A stretch of 64,000 nucleotides of DNA. Origin: Neoechinorhynchus agilis (Eukaryota; Animalia; Acanthocephala). Each line of letters starts with the position of its first letter. Position 1 is the first letter of the stretch. Positions 1-12,500 of this stretch are shown one piece after another. Both the position numbers and the translations under genes were made by a program. Location: assembly GCA_051530055.1 (NCBI GenBank), contig CM121341.1:13990784-14054783 (forward strand), read 5' to 3'. The notes under the pieces were generated by a model. That model was not told where the DNA came from. It did not search any database and saw only the letters and a list, made by a program, of their open reading frames with translations.

Positions 1-600
1 ATAGAATCCTTCTTATTTTAATGTTCCTCTCCAGAAATCCTTTTAGATCTAAGTCAGTTACAAAATCAAGCTCCGCTTCTTCGTCCCTCCACGGCACTTG
101 AGCATTGGACTCGACTTTTCTACGCCACCGATTTGCGCTTCTTGTTAAGTGTTCTCTTACGCTGAAAATAAATATGATGAATACGACAAGTATGGTGATG
201 ACCATGATAATGAAATGCTCCGAATTCGACTCCTTATCGCTGAGAATATCACTGGATTTTTTCAGTTTTACCTTTATAGGTCCTCTAAGTAATCTACATT
301 CCTGGTAGATATCTTCAATTATTTTATATCTACGACGCGGCGAATACGATTCGTCTAAATAATTCGAGGTGCCACATTCCTAATTGGTTTAATGAATTCA
401 TTTCGTGCCTGTTCACGAATACGCTTACTTGTTCTCTGACTTTCTTATATGTTTTAGAAACCATTCTTAATATCCTCATGATTTGATTACTGCTGCTGAG
501 TTGTAATCGCCTTGACAACCTATTCGTCGAATTGATCTTAAAATGGAAATATCGAGTGAAGTGGAAAGCATTTTTCAATTTCCGAAAAACGTGAAAACCA
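1..600 (-). CDS. Unidentified spliced gene, divergent from PRIM1, running off the window start
   Basis: Minus-strand open segments (e.g. VREHLTRSANRWRRKVESNAQVPWRDEEAELDFVTDLDLKGFLERNIK at 1-160) bounded by plausible ttttcag acceptor and gtaagc donor sites. Exon structure and family not resolved. Confidence 0.35.
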
Positions 601-1343
601 ATGATTGAAAAGTCTCGTTTCAAATCGTACTATGTACAAAATTGTCATTTCGAATATTGTCTCATTAGCGTTATCTTCTTTAAGAGAGCCTAGGAGTTAT
701 ACCATTGAAGTAGAATGTAAATCTTGTGAAATAATACTTTATTTTCAAGCCGCATGATTGCAAATAAAACACTTTAACAATCCTGAAGAAGCCGTAAGGC
801 GGCTAAAGCTCGGAAATAAAGATTTTCTTTTTTCTTTATCATTCCATTTAAAAATTTGAAGTGAAATATATAAAGGAAGTTTTGATGATCACTATTTTCG
901 GGTTATTTTTCTCCCTGAAACCCTTTTACTCGCTTAATTTTTGGTCTCAGAAAATAGGTTCCCCATCATAGCAGCAGAACAAATCTAAATCATTAAGCGT
1001 AATGTTAAAATAGTCTTAGAAAAGAAGTAAAAGAATTCGCGAAATATTTCTATCAACAAATTGAACGCTTGTATAAAGTTCATATTGCTTTTAATAAAGC
1101 ATTCTAAACACTTAAGAGTTGATAATGAGTGTACTACTTAAATTCGATTGCCTACTCTCTCTTTGTTATGAACAGTACCCTGCTATTTATTTACCTCCAC
1201 GCAATTGTGGTCGACGCATGACAACGGGCAACCGCAAGGTCGTTCGACTTATTAAATAATTGAATGAAATCAAGTTGCCCTTAATATGTTGAACTCACGC
1301 GTTGCTGAGTTATTCCTCAAAATCATTTATTTCTAGATCTAAA

Positions 1344-4300
1344 ATGGAAAATGAAGTTGACTTATCCAACATGGAGCATCTTTTGCCAATATATTATCGT
1401 CGGTTATTTCCATCGTACATCTACTGCAAATGGCTCTCCGGGGGTGAACAGCGTAAGTTCTCTTTTGATAAAATCGATCGCACATTCAACTGTTGAGTAA
1501 CGATGAATAAACGACTGTTATCGGCGGAAATCGATCTTACCGCGGTTATCTAACCCAAATAATTTTTACGAGGAGTCAGTTCAATCGTTATAACCTTACA
1601 AATTGTTCTAAGAACTGCAATGTTTAACTTGTTTCTTACAATCAATAAAATCGGGCCCGCCGGCTTAGAATCCGCTCTCTTATCGATCACCTACGTCTTT
1701 CTTGCTTATTATATTTTAATAACTTTCTTTAGAAATCTAAGATTGTTTTATTTTCAGCCGCTTTGTCTAAGACCTTCAGTCGTCGAGAATTCTCATTTAC
1801 ACTTGACAATGACGTCTACGTTCGCTACCTTTCATATTCAAATCATATTGAATTCGAGAAAGACCTTGTAAGCAAGTGCCCACGCAAAATCGATATTGGA
1901 GCGGTGTTTAATGTAAAGGTTATTCTCATCTAAAAAAGTTGTATTTGCAGTCTCTTATACTTTCAGCCAAAAGACCACAACTGTGTTCGGGCGGAGGCAT
2001 TCAAACCAACCGAAAAAGAGCTGGTTATTGATTTGGATATCAGCGATTATGACGACGTACGAAGCTGTTGCAGGTAGGCGGCTAAACTACTATAATGTTG
2101 ATTGCATAAATTAGATCTATGAATAGCTTTTAACAAGTTTTTCATCGGGCATGGTTACAATTTTAACTAACTCTTTTTAAAAGCTATTTTTCGAACTTGC
2201 CTTATAAATTTTTTTAGGATACGAACATTAGAATGGAGCTTTCAAGAATTTAGTATATATGTATACACTTCAACTTTAGGCAATGTTAATTAAAATTGAA
2301 TTTTGTTGAGATTAGTCAAGCACATGGTAGTCGTCGTGGGAATGCAAAATTGAAAAATCACAATCATGCGGATACCATAGCGAGTTTATATCAATACTTC
2401 TCGAAAAACCCGAAAAAGAGATTGACACTTCTAAAATTGTGGTATTAAATTTACAATTTCAAACGCTCAATATTTCAATGGGGAAGGAGGAACATCTTTC
2501 TCCGCCATTGCCTCGAAGATGCATACAGCATTCTCTTTCTTAATCGCACAGCTGTTTGTCCGATAAAAATAGTTGGCTATTTATGAATATCGTATTATTT
2601 AGTGGAGCCAATGTTTGCACTAAATGTTGGCCTTTGATCACAGTGGCTGTAAAGATCATCGATAAGGTCTTGCGAGATGATTTTGGGTACCAGCATTTGC
2701 TATGGGTCTTCAGCGGCCGCCGCGGTGTTCATTGCTGGATTTGCGACGCAAACGCTAGAATTCTAAACAACCAACAACGATCTGCTCTCATGGATTACTT
2801 GACTGTTACAAAGGCCAGTTTTATTTATCACACCATTCAAACTCCTCCGTTATTAGGCTACTAGTGAGGGAATGTCTCAGCGAGTTCAATTACGATACCC
2901 AATTCACCCTTCAATAGAGTAATCTGAAATATTGATTAACTTTATAATCTATGATCTAAAAACTAGGCGTGCTATTGATTTGATTGAACGAATGTTCGAG
3001 AACTATGCGTGTATTGAGCAAGATTTTCTCGGCACTAATGAGCGAGTAAGAGATGTTTTCAGTAAAATGCTACCAAATGACGGTAAGCTTACTAAGGAAT
3101 TTTCATCTTCTAATTTTTCTTAGTAATATGTCTAATTGAAAGTGCGTGGAAGGAACTTAGTCTCGAACCTGGAAGTCAAATAAGTTTGAAGAGATGGCGT
3201 TCTATAGTCGAAATTTGTATGGCAGACGCCGACTATAGCACGGGGAATATTGTGATCAACATATTTCTTAAGCGTCTTCTATTTCCTACGGGATATCCGT
3301 TTTATTTAGTTTCTGACTCACAATAGAGAACTTTGAGTAAAATTTGATGAAAATTGAGTACACTCGCAATTTTTCAATTCTATTGAGATTGGGTGACGAA
3401 ACTGCTTCGAATTATTTTACGAGGTGCTTATTTTATCCTGAAACCCAATTTTTTACAAAGAAGCTACCCGATCTTTGATTGAAAGGAGATAGTATATTGT
3501 GGCAGCGATTCTCTACCAACCTCTTTTTAAACTATTCTTATCAGTATCACTTTTTGATGTGTTAGAATTTATTCGCTTTATAGCAAAGAATTCGATTTTG
3601 CCTGCCAGAAAATCGTATTCTTTTTACCTGCCGAATTGAGCGCGATGCGCATTACTTCTGCAGCCATTGGTTTTTGTCGATTTATATTGCCAACTAATGA
3701 GTCTATCGTTAGTCTTATGCAATATATTTGAATCTTTTCATCGCCATCGACAACCAAAAAATGAAGGTGTACATGAATGTCTTTATACTCCAAAAATCAT
3801 GCGAAATAACTTATGATTTGACCGTGCAATTTTGGCGTAGTAATAAGAGCTTATCTGAGCCAATAGATCAAACCTCTTAACGAAAACCACCCTACAATTC
3901 AATTCCGTTTTTTGCAAACTTTAAATACTTTTGTTGGCGTCAGTTAATAGTTCGTCAGCTCGTCATAAATACCTTCCATCAGAAATAATGCTACAACTGT
4001 GCTATCCTCGAGCCGATGTAAACGTTTCAAAATCAACAAATCACCTTTTAAAAGGTCCATTTTGCATTCACCCAAAAACAGGTTGCCGAAATTTCTTTTC
4101 CTAACATGTGCTAACGATTGGAGCAGGAATAGTTTCTGTGCCATTAAAAATGGACTCTATTGATTGCGACTTTCCTCCAGCAGACGCTCCCAATATCACT
4201 CAATTAGTAGCTGATTTAAACATTACTCTCTGCGAAGATGGATCAAGTGATTCCTCCGCCAAAGGTATCCTTTTGTAAAGGCCGATATAAATCGTTCATA

Positions 4301-4492
4301 TTCGATAACCTTTAATAGGATATAAGCAAACACGCTTGGCCGAATATGTGGATATTTTTGAAAGCTTTGTAAATTTACTATCGGATGAACAGAGAAATTT
4401 AAAGAAGTCCTTTAATGGTAAGATGTATCGAAAAGTTTCTAAATAACTTCGTTTTTGCAGATTTCAGCGACGCTATCATGGGCACATTTTGA
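1344..4492 (+). CDS. PRIM1: DNA primase small (catalytic) subunit, 11 exons, 421 aa
   Basis: Exons 1344-1452, 1758-1918, 1967-2073, 2603-2813, 2857-2918, 2967-3082, 3124-3216, 3944-4081, 4127-4264, 4319-4417 and 4461-4492 join in frame (1266 nt). Motifs: [83 protein letters not shown]. Confidence 0.95.
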
Positions 4493-4976
4493 CGTATATG
4501 AACATTTAATCGTGCAAAATGTTCGCTTCGGTGACTGTCATTCTTTAATTATCAACAACGTCTTTTTGTGTTTAATCATTTGACTTCTTCAATTAGGAAT
4601 TTTTTATCCTACGTGCGTTCCACATATAATCACTAACTGTTGCCTATCGGTTTAAATACTGTCAGCAGTTTATACTTATTTCAATTTTTTAATGAATATA
4701 ATAGAATGAATATTGTACAGAAAATAGAAAAGGATAATCTTTAAAATGTCTATATTTGATATACCGGGGTATATAATTAGGATAATAACTAATAATCTGT
4801 TTGAAGATTCAATTGTTCATATTGGTTGTTTCCTGGCGAAGAAATTAAAATGATTTTATTTAAAAATCCGATATTTCGGCACAATCTTGTACCTTTATCA
4901 AGGTTGGCTCAATAAGAGGGATGAGCTGACGGACAGCGTTGCCCTCCTCTGATCCTTTTCAGATCACCGAAGGGAA

Positions 4977-5015
4977 GCTCCCTGACGAAGACGCAAGGCG
5001 TCGAAAATTTGGAGC
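4977..5015 (+). ncRNA. Minimal type I hammerhead ribozyme (Penelope pLTR type)
   Basis: Stem I GCTCC/GGAGC, core CTGACGA+A, stem II GACGC-AAG-GCGTC, GAAA, palindromic mini stem III AATT, predicted cleavage after T5010. Confidence 0.8.
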
Positions 5016-5298
5016 AGTAAAAATAAAAAACACCCATTTTTCGTTTGATAAAAATCTTAAATAAAACATGAGGGTGTTGGGAAAAGAGGCTTTCCATAAT
5101 ATAATATTAAGTGTTTACGACGATTCGAAACGTCTTTTCTAAAAATTTATTTATCGGGTGAAGACCTAAACAATAATCCAGATAATCTTTAAATTTTTGT
5201 TCAACACACTGCTCCAAAGGAATAAATGAAATTTAATGTTTAAGCGATAAAAACTAGTCTAATGCATCTTCAAATCGGTCACCTTCACATCTTCTGGT

Positions 5299-5652
5299 TC
5301 ATTCCGATCCCTTAGGACAAGACGCATCCACGACTTTGTAAAGCTGTGGATTAAGGTAAGTCAGACTTAGGAGAACAAATCTCGCTGGTTCCACGTCCAC
5401 TTCTATTTCATAGATCATGTCTTCGATGACCGGACTGGTCACTTTGAACTGAATAAGAAGAGTTTGTCCGTTCCTAAGTGTCGGTGGAAGATTGGCGATA
5501 TCTACTCCACAAGTTCTCGAGGTCATTGCCCACGCCACCCCACGGACGTAAGTTGCGAGTTCTGAAGGAGTAGCTGCCTCGTAAGCTCCTCGTTTCTGGA
5601 CGACAGCAACCACCACGGAGAAAAGAGCAAGAAAGACGAGAAAGGTTTTCAT
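5299..5652 (-). CDS. Small intronless secreted protein (117 aa), unknown family
   Basis: Clean ATG-to-stop ORF with classical signal peptide MKTFLVFLALFSVVVA and two Cys. GC-richer than its flanks. Confidence 0.7.
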   Translation of the reverse strand: MKTFLVFLALFSVVVAVVQKRGAYEAATPSELATYVRGVAWAMTSRTCGVDIANLPPTLRNGQTLLIQFKVTSPVIEDMIYEIEVDVEPARFVLLSLTYLNPQLYKVVDASCPKGSE

Positions 5653-5720
5653 TTTTCGGTTTGGATTTAGTCACTTCTCTACAACCTTTTATCTAATCAC
5701 TCGGTTTTTCTAGAGCATTT

Positions 5721-6760
5721 TTGAACGATGTCATTTCGATCGTCAATAGAATAGGAAAATATTTATTATTGAGTAAATCAACAAAAACTTCCAAGGTAGA
5801 TTTATTCGTCGTACAGTCACTGCTGATATCGCACAAAGTATGGAACTGTCTTAGAAGACAACTCTGCCCCGAGACTTATATCACCGCAATACAGGACATG
5901 TACAGGCAGAGCAAACGGATAGCTTCTCGGTGAACGCAGGATTGCATCAAGGTTCAGCTTTGATCCCTTATTTGTTTGTAGTCAGTATGGACGAAATCAG
6001 CAAAACGATCAGTGAAGGTCCGCCATGGAACATGCTTTTCGTCGACGACATCATCCTCCCCAGCTATAATTCCCAGGATCTCAACAATGACCTAGAGAAA
6101 TGGAGGGAAGCTCTAGAAAGTCAAGGTCTAAAAATTTCCCCGGGGAGAAATCAGTCTACGTGGGAACGGAAAGCATTTTCCCTCAAGAGACACCGCTGCA
6201 GAAATTCGACAAAATCATGTACCTTGGCTCTCTATAGTGTCGATGCAAAACGATATCACCGCCGAGATTTCATCGAGAATAAATAGCGAATGGATGAAGT
6301 GAAAAAGCCTAACTGGGATCTTTTGTGATAGCAAAGTGCCTGTGGTGCTGAAAAGTAGAGCCTTCAAGATGGCAATCAGACCAGCCATGTTATATGGGGT
6401 GGAGATATTGAACACCACTGCCAATCACATCAAACGAATGCAGGGGAACCGAAATGAACATGATTAGGTGGATGTGTGGGGTAACCAGGCAAGAAATGAT
6501 CCCAAATAATGCGGTCTGGGGCTCAGCGAAGGTGGATGACGTGAAGGAAGCTATCGCGAAACGGGGTATCAATTGGAGCGATATGGTGAAAGGTGAAGAG
6601 CCGAATGGATTTATTCGAAAAGTTGAGCAAATGGAAATCGAAGGGAGCGCGGCAGGCCGAGAAAACGATGGGAAAATTGTGGCTGAGGACCGACGTTTGG
6701 GAGAAACGGAGTGGAGGGGTGTGTGAAGTCTTTACTGCAAGTTTTTGTGCGACCCAGAGA
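5721..6760 (+). mobile_element. RTE-clade LINE, 5'-truncated RT/C-terminal fragment, frameshifted
   Basis: GLHQGSALIPYLF, PWNMLFVDD, MIRWMCGVTRQEMIPN motifs. Close to the minus-strand copy at 56290-57740. Confidence 0.85.
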
Positions 6761-6864
6761 AGGGAAAAGTATGAACAAAGTTGAAGTTTTCTTTTGTTTA
6801 GTGGAGGAGTAGACTGATGGGTCACTCAATCGGATCACTTTTCTGACCTTTTCAGAGCCAGAGA

Positions 6865-6901
6865 ATCCCCGAAGAAGCCGTGAAGCGGCGAAAATTCGGA
6901 T
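6865..6901 (+). ncRNA. Minimal hammerhead ribozyme (Penelope pLTR type), U4C core variant
   Basis: Stem I ATCC/GGAT, core CCGAAGA+A, stem II GCCG-TGAAG-CGGC, GAAA, AATT, C6897. Flanks homologous to the 4977 copy (ccttttcaga upstream, aaaataaaa downstream). Confidence 0.7.
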
Positions 6902-7728
6902 AAAATAAAACATCGTACTCGGGAACGTTTTGGAAAAATCTATCGATATTCATATCAAAGGTGAACTATGAGCTGCGACGTTAAACGAAGAGCATCTGTC
7001 GATTTCGTTCAGCAATAGAAACATTGTGGCAGCACTTTGCTGAGAATGTTTTGGAGACGAACGAATACTTATAAACGAGATGCAAATGTCCGTCGCACAA
7101 ATCCAAATGTTGTTTATTCGGTAAATACCACCATCGATGGATTGTTTGAAGATCTCTTTTTTTACAAGACAATTGCTTTAATCGATAAGCGGTTTGCATA
7201 TGCTGCTTCGACCTGAAAAAGCGTAGTGCATCTTTAAGGTCCCAAGCAATGAAGCTTCGATGTGAAAATAAATTAACGAAAATGAATTACATCTCATGAT
7301 TGTATCGGATGCATTTTTGCTTCTCATTTCTTTCTGGGCTAAAATATTTGCATTTCAAGACAATGAATCAAGTGTTCAACATGGGGCGCAACTTAAGATA
7401 TATTGCAATTGTGGCTGAACCAAAGCTCTCTCACTGCGGGTTCGTATAATTTCGAGAATAAGTAATATACTAGCAACATCAATAACAGCAAAACTCACGG
7501 CTGGTCGAGGTCGTGCCAATAATGCTGACGGGGTTCCCTCGCTAAACATCCATGTTTATCTTTTGAGTCACGGGTTTGTGTGCTTCCGGGGCATACCAAT
7601 CAAATGGGTGTTCAGTAGTACTGAACCAAGATGCAGAGAATAATATGATTTATCACGTTTAAGGAACTCGATAAGGTGTACGATCCGGAAACAAGGATTA
7701 AAGATACGTTTGTGTTCCTAATCGCGCG

Positions 7729-9582
7729 CTAAATTTCTCTTATCTTTGTATACCTTCGACGTTTTGCGTTCAATCAGCGAATCCTTTATTAAATCAAAAT
7801 TTTCACAGAATCGCTGGGTAAGACAAAAGAAGTTCAGCCTTAGTAGACTTGAGGGTGTATCGATTACGAGACCCACTCACGAAACATTTTACATAGAATC
7901 CATTATGGAAGGCATTTTAGATGAAAACAATTAAATCTGTGACGCGTGATGATTGTAAATGAGCAACAAAATCATTGTGAAAAACTCACGTTTTGTTTGC
8001 AGTCAATGCGATAAACTCCAAAATCTGATCTTTATAGCTTCGTCCAAAACAACATTTTGTCTATACTCTTTAAAATTGGTTGTTTTATGGCGAAGAACCT
8101 TGATAAAGGCATAAGATCGTGCCGAAATATCGGATTTAAAATAATGATTTCAATTTCTTCGCCATTGAACAACCAATTTGAACAGTTCAATCTTTAAACA
8201 CTTTAAAATCTCATTTCCGTTAATAGTAGGGCAATCATTCTTCATACTCAAAGGTTCCTCGGAGCCTTCCATCAATCCACTTCTGCCCTTGACAAAGTCA
8301 CCGATCGCCTTTGATATAAGATCAGGTAGAAATCTAACGTTCATGGAAGATGTCACATATTCTTCATGAAGTTCCGGCACAACGCCAAGTTGGTTTACGC
8401 AATCCGTCTTAGGTGCTTTAAGCCAAACGCAATACAGTTTGGCGCTAGAAGTACTTTGATAAGAAGGATTCCAAAGGACGGCCGATACGCTCCGGACTGC
8501 ATTGACTTTGGAATACAGCATTTTGTGAATGCGTGCCGTCATTTCAATTCCGGTTGCTTGTCGGCTTCAAAAACAATCATGCGAATGTTTGAATTGTATA
8601 AAAACTGGTGGCATATTGAAAACAGAGAAATTTTATTCTGTTGAATCTCTTTTGTCATTTTTTTACAAGGCATGTGATTTCAAACGATTTCGAACAGCAT
8701 TTCGGATCTGTGTATTTGAGTATTGTTGATTTTATATTAAAAAGGAATCGATTAGTAAAATTTATAGAGCAATAGTTGATTTTTTTCAGCCTGATGTTTG
8801 GACTAACTTCGCCAGGGACGGTCCCAAGCCCAGCTGAAAAAGGAGGAGGGTTGGCGTCATAAAGGGCATCCGGCTGTAAAATTCTTGCCAAATGTTGGCC
8901 CAAAAGACAACCTACAATCGAATCAACCAAAGGACTAAGGCGTCTCCTATATGCGACGCGCAAGTTCTTCACCCGGAGCTTGTGTTAAATCATCAAGGGC
9001 TACCGAGGCATGGACGGTCTCGGCTAAAGAAATTAGTCTATACAACTGACCTAAGAATAGCAGCGCTAAATGTGGGATCGATGACGGGAAGGGTCGAGAA
9101 ATAGTTGATATGATGAGAAGGATCGGCATACTAGGAGTGCAGGAGACCAGGTGGAAAGGAGTGAAAGCCCGTGAACTAGGCGATGGTTATAAAATAATAT
9201 ATAGTGGCGAACCAAGTTGCAGGAATGGGGTGGGAGTCATCATGGAAAACGGACTAGTCGATTGCGTTTTGGAAGTGATCAGAATAAATGGTAGGATTAT
9301 ATAGGTGCGATTCGATTTAGGAGGAGAGGATATCACCATAATATCGGTCTATGCCCAGCAAATCGCATGTACGGAGGAAGAGAAACAGCAATTTTGGCAA
9401 AGCTTATCGGATACTTTTGCGAACTCGAAGAGCACTCGTTATGCGATTACAGGAGAGTTCAATGGACATGTGAGAAATAGAGGCGGTTACGAACGAATGC
9501 ATGGTGGGCACAGCATTGGTGAACGAAACGCCGAAGGGGAGAAGCTTCTCTACTTGGCCGTTTCAAGAGAACTGCGACTGGC
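7729..9582. repeat. Segmental duplication copy A (partner 33201-35168)
   Basis: Near-identical over about 1.85 kb, including unique-looking flank and the RTE 5' end. Copy B has a roughly 160-bp replacement at about 33549-33711 and a 19-bp deletion after the twister motif. Confidence 0.95.
8800..8854 (+). ncRNA. Twister ribozyme-like motif at RTE 5' end
   Basis: TAA-CTTC-GCC...CGGTCCCAAGCCC...GGAG-GA-GGG. P2 CTTC/GGAG, pseudoknots CCC/GGG and GC/GC present. P1 weak, P4 shortened. Confidence 0.65.
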
Positions 9583-12500
9583 GAACACGTTTTTCCAAAA
9601 AGAGGATAGGCATGTTACTAGCTATTCGAGCGGTGGAAAGTCTAGTCAAATTGATACGTCAAAACTATTTTCGGAGAAGATTGCGTACCACAACACCGAG
9701 TAGTAGTAGCAGACTTGACGATCAGAAAAAGAGGAAACGGTATGTCCGGAAAGTGAACCCTCGAATCAGATAGTGGTTGCTAAAGGATACTGAGCTTCGA
9801 AAACTAGTTGGTGAATCGCTAATAGGTAAGCTGGAAATGGAAGTTTACGACCCAAATGTATGGTGGAGGGAATCATCAAAATTAATTCTGGAGGAAGGAA
9901 GAGACATTCTTGGGCAGACATCAGGCAGACCGCCTCCATCAGGTAAAGAGAAGTGGTGGTGGTAGTGGAACCCAAGGGTAAAAGAAGCGATACGGCGAAA
10001 GCGAGATGCTAAGACGGTATGGGACTAGGCTCTAACAGTTGCATCTCATAAGGATTCAAGAAGGTAAAGAAAAATGCGAGAAGGGAATGCGCGATGGCAA
10101 AGAGAGAGGCGGATAGAGAGATATATGAGGCACTAGAAGAAGGCAATGGGAGTGGAAAGATCTTCAAGATCGCACAAATTCGCGACAAAAAGTCAAAGGA
10201 TATTTCCTGTATCAAAAGCATCAAGGATTCGTCGAGAAGTATGTTGTCAAACGAAAACGAGGTTCTTCTAAGATGGCGAGAGTATTTCGATAAACTCCTG
10301 AATACAGAGAATCCGCGACAACCTAGCGAGGAGGCACCACCATGCGTGAATGCAGTGCGGCCGTTCTCCTACAACGAAGTCGCGAGACAGCTTGGACGCA
10401 TGAAATGGGGGAAAAGTTTTGGACCGGATGGTATCCCGATCGAAATACGGAAAGCGTTGGGCAGTTTTGGTCCGAGGAATACATAATAGCAATCCAGATC
10501 ATGTACGAAGGATCCTGCACTTGTGTCAGATGCAGTGTGGGGGAGACAAACTATTTTGATGTTACAAATGGATTGCATCAGGGATCAGTTCTCTGTCCGT
10601 TCCTATTCGTCACAATCATGAATGTGTTGGGTTCTAAGCAAATCGCCCGAAAGCCTCCATGGACACTATTGTTCGCTGACGACTTGATTATGACAGCTGA
10701 AGCACGTGAATAGGCTCAGCGAAATCTGGCAGTGTGACGTGAGGCATTGGAATCCAGCGGTCTTAAGTTAAACATGTTGAAGACGATTATGCATGGAACC
10801 AGAAGCGCTAAGGTTAAAAGGAGTGAATTTGACGATGAGAAGAACAGTGAAATATCTAGGCAGAGGAAGGAAAGGTTAGCCTCCTTTGAACAAATATTTA
10901 ACGATTTTGAAAGGAATCTCCGCGGGGTTCGTAAGGGACGCACAAAGGAAGAGTTTCGCTGCCGTTTTTCAAAGCTATCACTGACGTAACGTGTCTATTC
11001 GAAGCTTGCGGACGGAGATGTTCGGGGGGCTGTTCCGTTATTGTCATCCTCCGACAGTTTCGCAAAAGGAGACAGCGAGACGCTACAAATACTCCGGTCG
11101 AAGCACCCATGTAGTAGCGGAAGTTTTGAAATTCCATCTCCTCCCATACAAGACAGGATGCCCACTCAAATTTCAGAGTTACAAAAGGCCATCTCATCTT
11201 TTGCAAATGGTTCGGGTCACGGGCTCGACGGACTAGGACCTCAGCACCTAAAGGACATGATGTACTTTTCAACTGGTGAAGCAGCTCTCTCTCTAGGAAG
11301 TGCGCTTTCTCGAATAGTCGACCGCCTGACTGGAGAGGACCTGAACCCCGTTGCAAAGGACCTATTTTTCGGAACCTCATTGTGTGCGCTTACAAAAAAG
11401 AAGGTGGGATCCGTCCCACCATCGTATCTTCGATGATACGCCGACTCGCAGGAAAAATTCTCTGCAAACGTATTACAGAGAAAACCGGACAGCAACTTCG
11501 TCCAGTCCAACTGGGCTGCTGCACATCCTGCGAGGCGGAAGCTATTGTCCACTCGCTCCGAAACTTTGCTACGAGAAGCTCAGAGCCGTACGTGATTCTT
11601 AAGTGTGATTTTCGGAGCACCTTTAACTCTCTCAATATAGAAACCATGTTCCGCGCAATTAGGGATCATGCCCCAGAGGCTTTCCAGTATTTTCTCAATG
11701 CCTACGGGACGGCGACTCCTTTGATTTTCGAAGACCACCTCGTTTGGTCCGAAATAGGAGTGCAGCAAGGAGATCCCCTCGGTCCAATCGCATTCTCCCT
11801 AACAGTAAATCCAATCCAGCTTCAACGCTTGGTACTTGGATGACGCAACGCTCGGAGGTGATCCCTCCGTTGTACTACACGATTTGGAGACGTTGATTAG
11901 GGAGGCCTCGAAGATGGGCATTGAGCTCAATGCTGGAAAATGTGAGCTCCTTGTATTGAATATTGGAGACGCCGCCAAAGTCAAAGAACTAATGGCTGGG
12001 TTCGAGGCCGTAGCTCCAGGTCTGAAACTCGTGACTCGGGAGCAACTCAGCCTCCTGGGCAGTTGCGTCTTCGATTCAAATGTGGAAGATGAGATCGGTC
12101 ATATCATACCGAAACTTTCGTTGCTGTGCGATAGGATGAGCGCTCTCTCGGCCCATGAAGCCTTGTTTCTCATAAAGAACGCGCTCTTCATCCCTAAATT
12201 ATTGTACAAGGTTCGCACAGCAACATTTTTCAAACATAAGGAAGGATTGGCTAAGCTCGACGGCAAAGTGAGGGCTTGTCTCGAGGGTATTTTAAATGTC
12301 CAGCTCTCAGATGAGGCGTGGCGACAAGCTTCTTTGCCTGTGTCATCTGGGAGATTGGGGATTCGGGCACTAGTGGACCTTGCTTTGCCGGCCTTTCTTG
12401 GATCGTTTGAGGGGAGCCTACCAGTATCGAAGAAAATTTTGAAGGAAAAGTTCTGTCTTGACCGGGATTTCGTGGTGGCGGTTGAGGAATGGTGCCAGCA

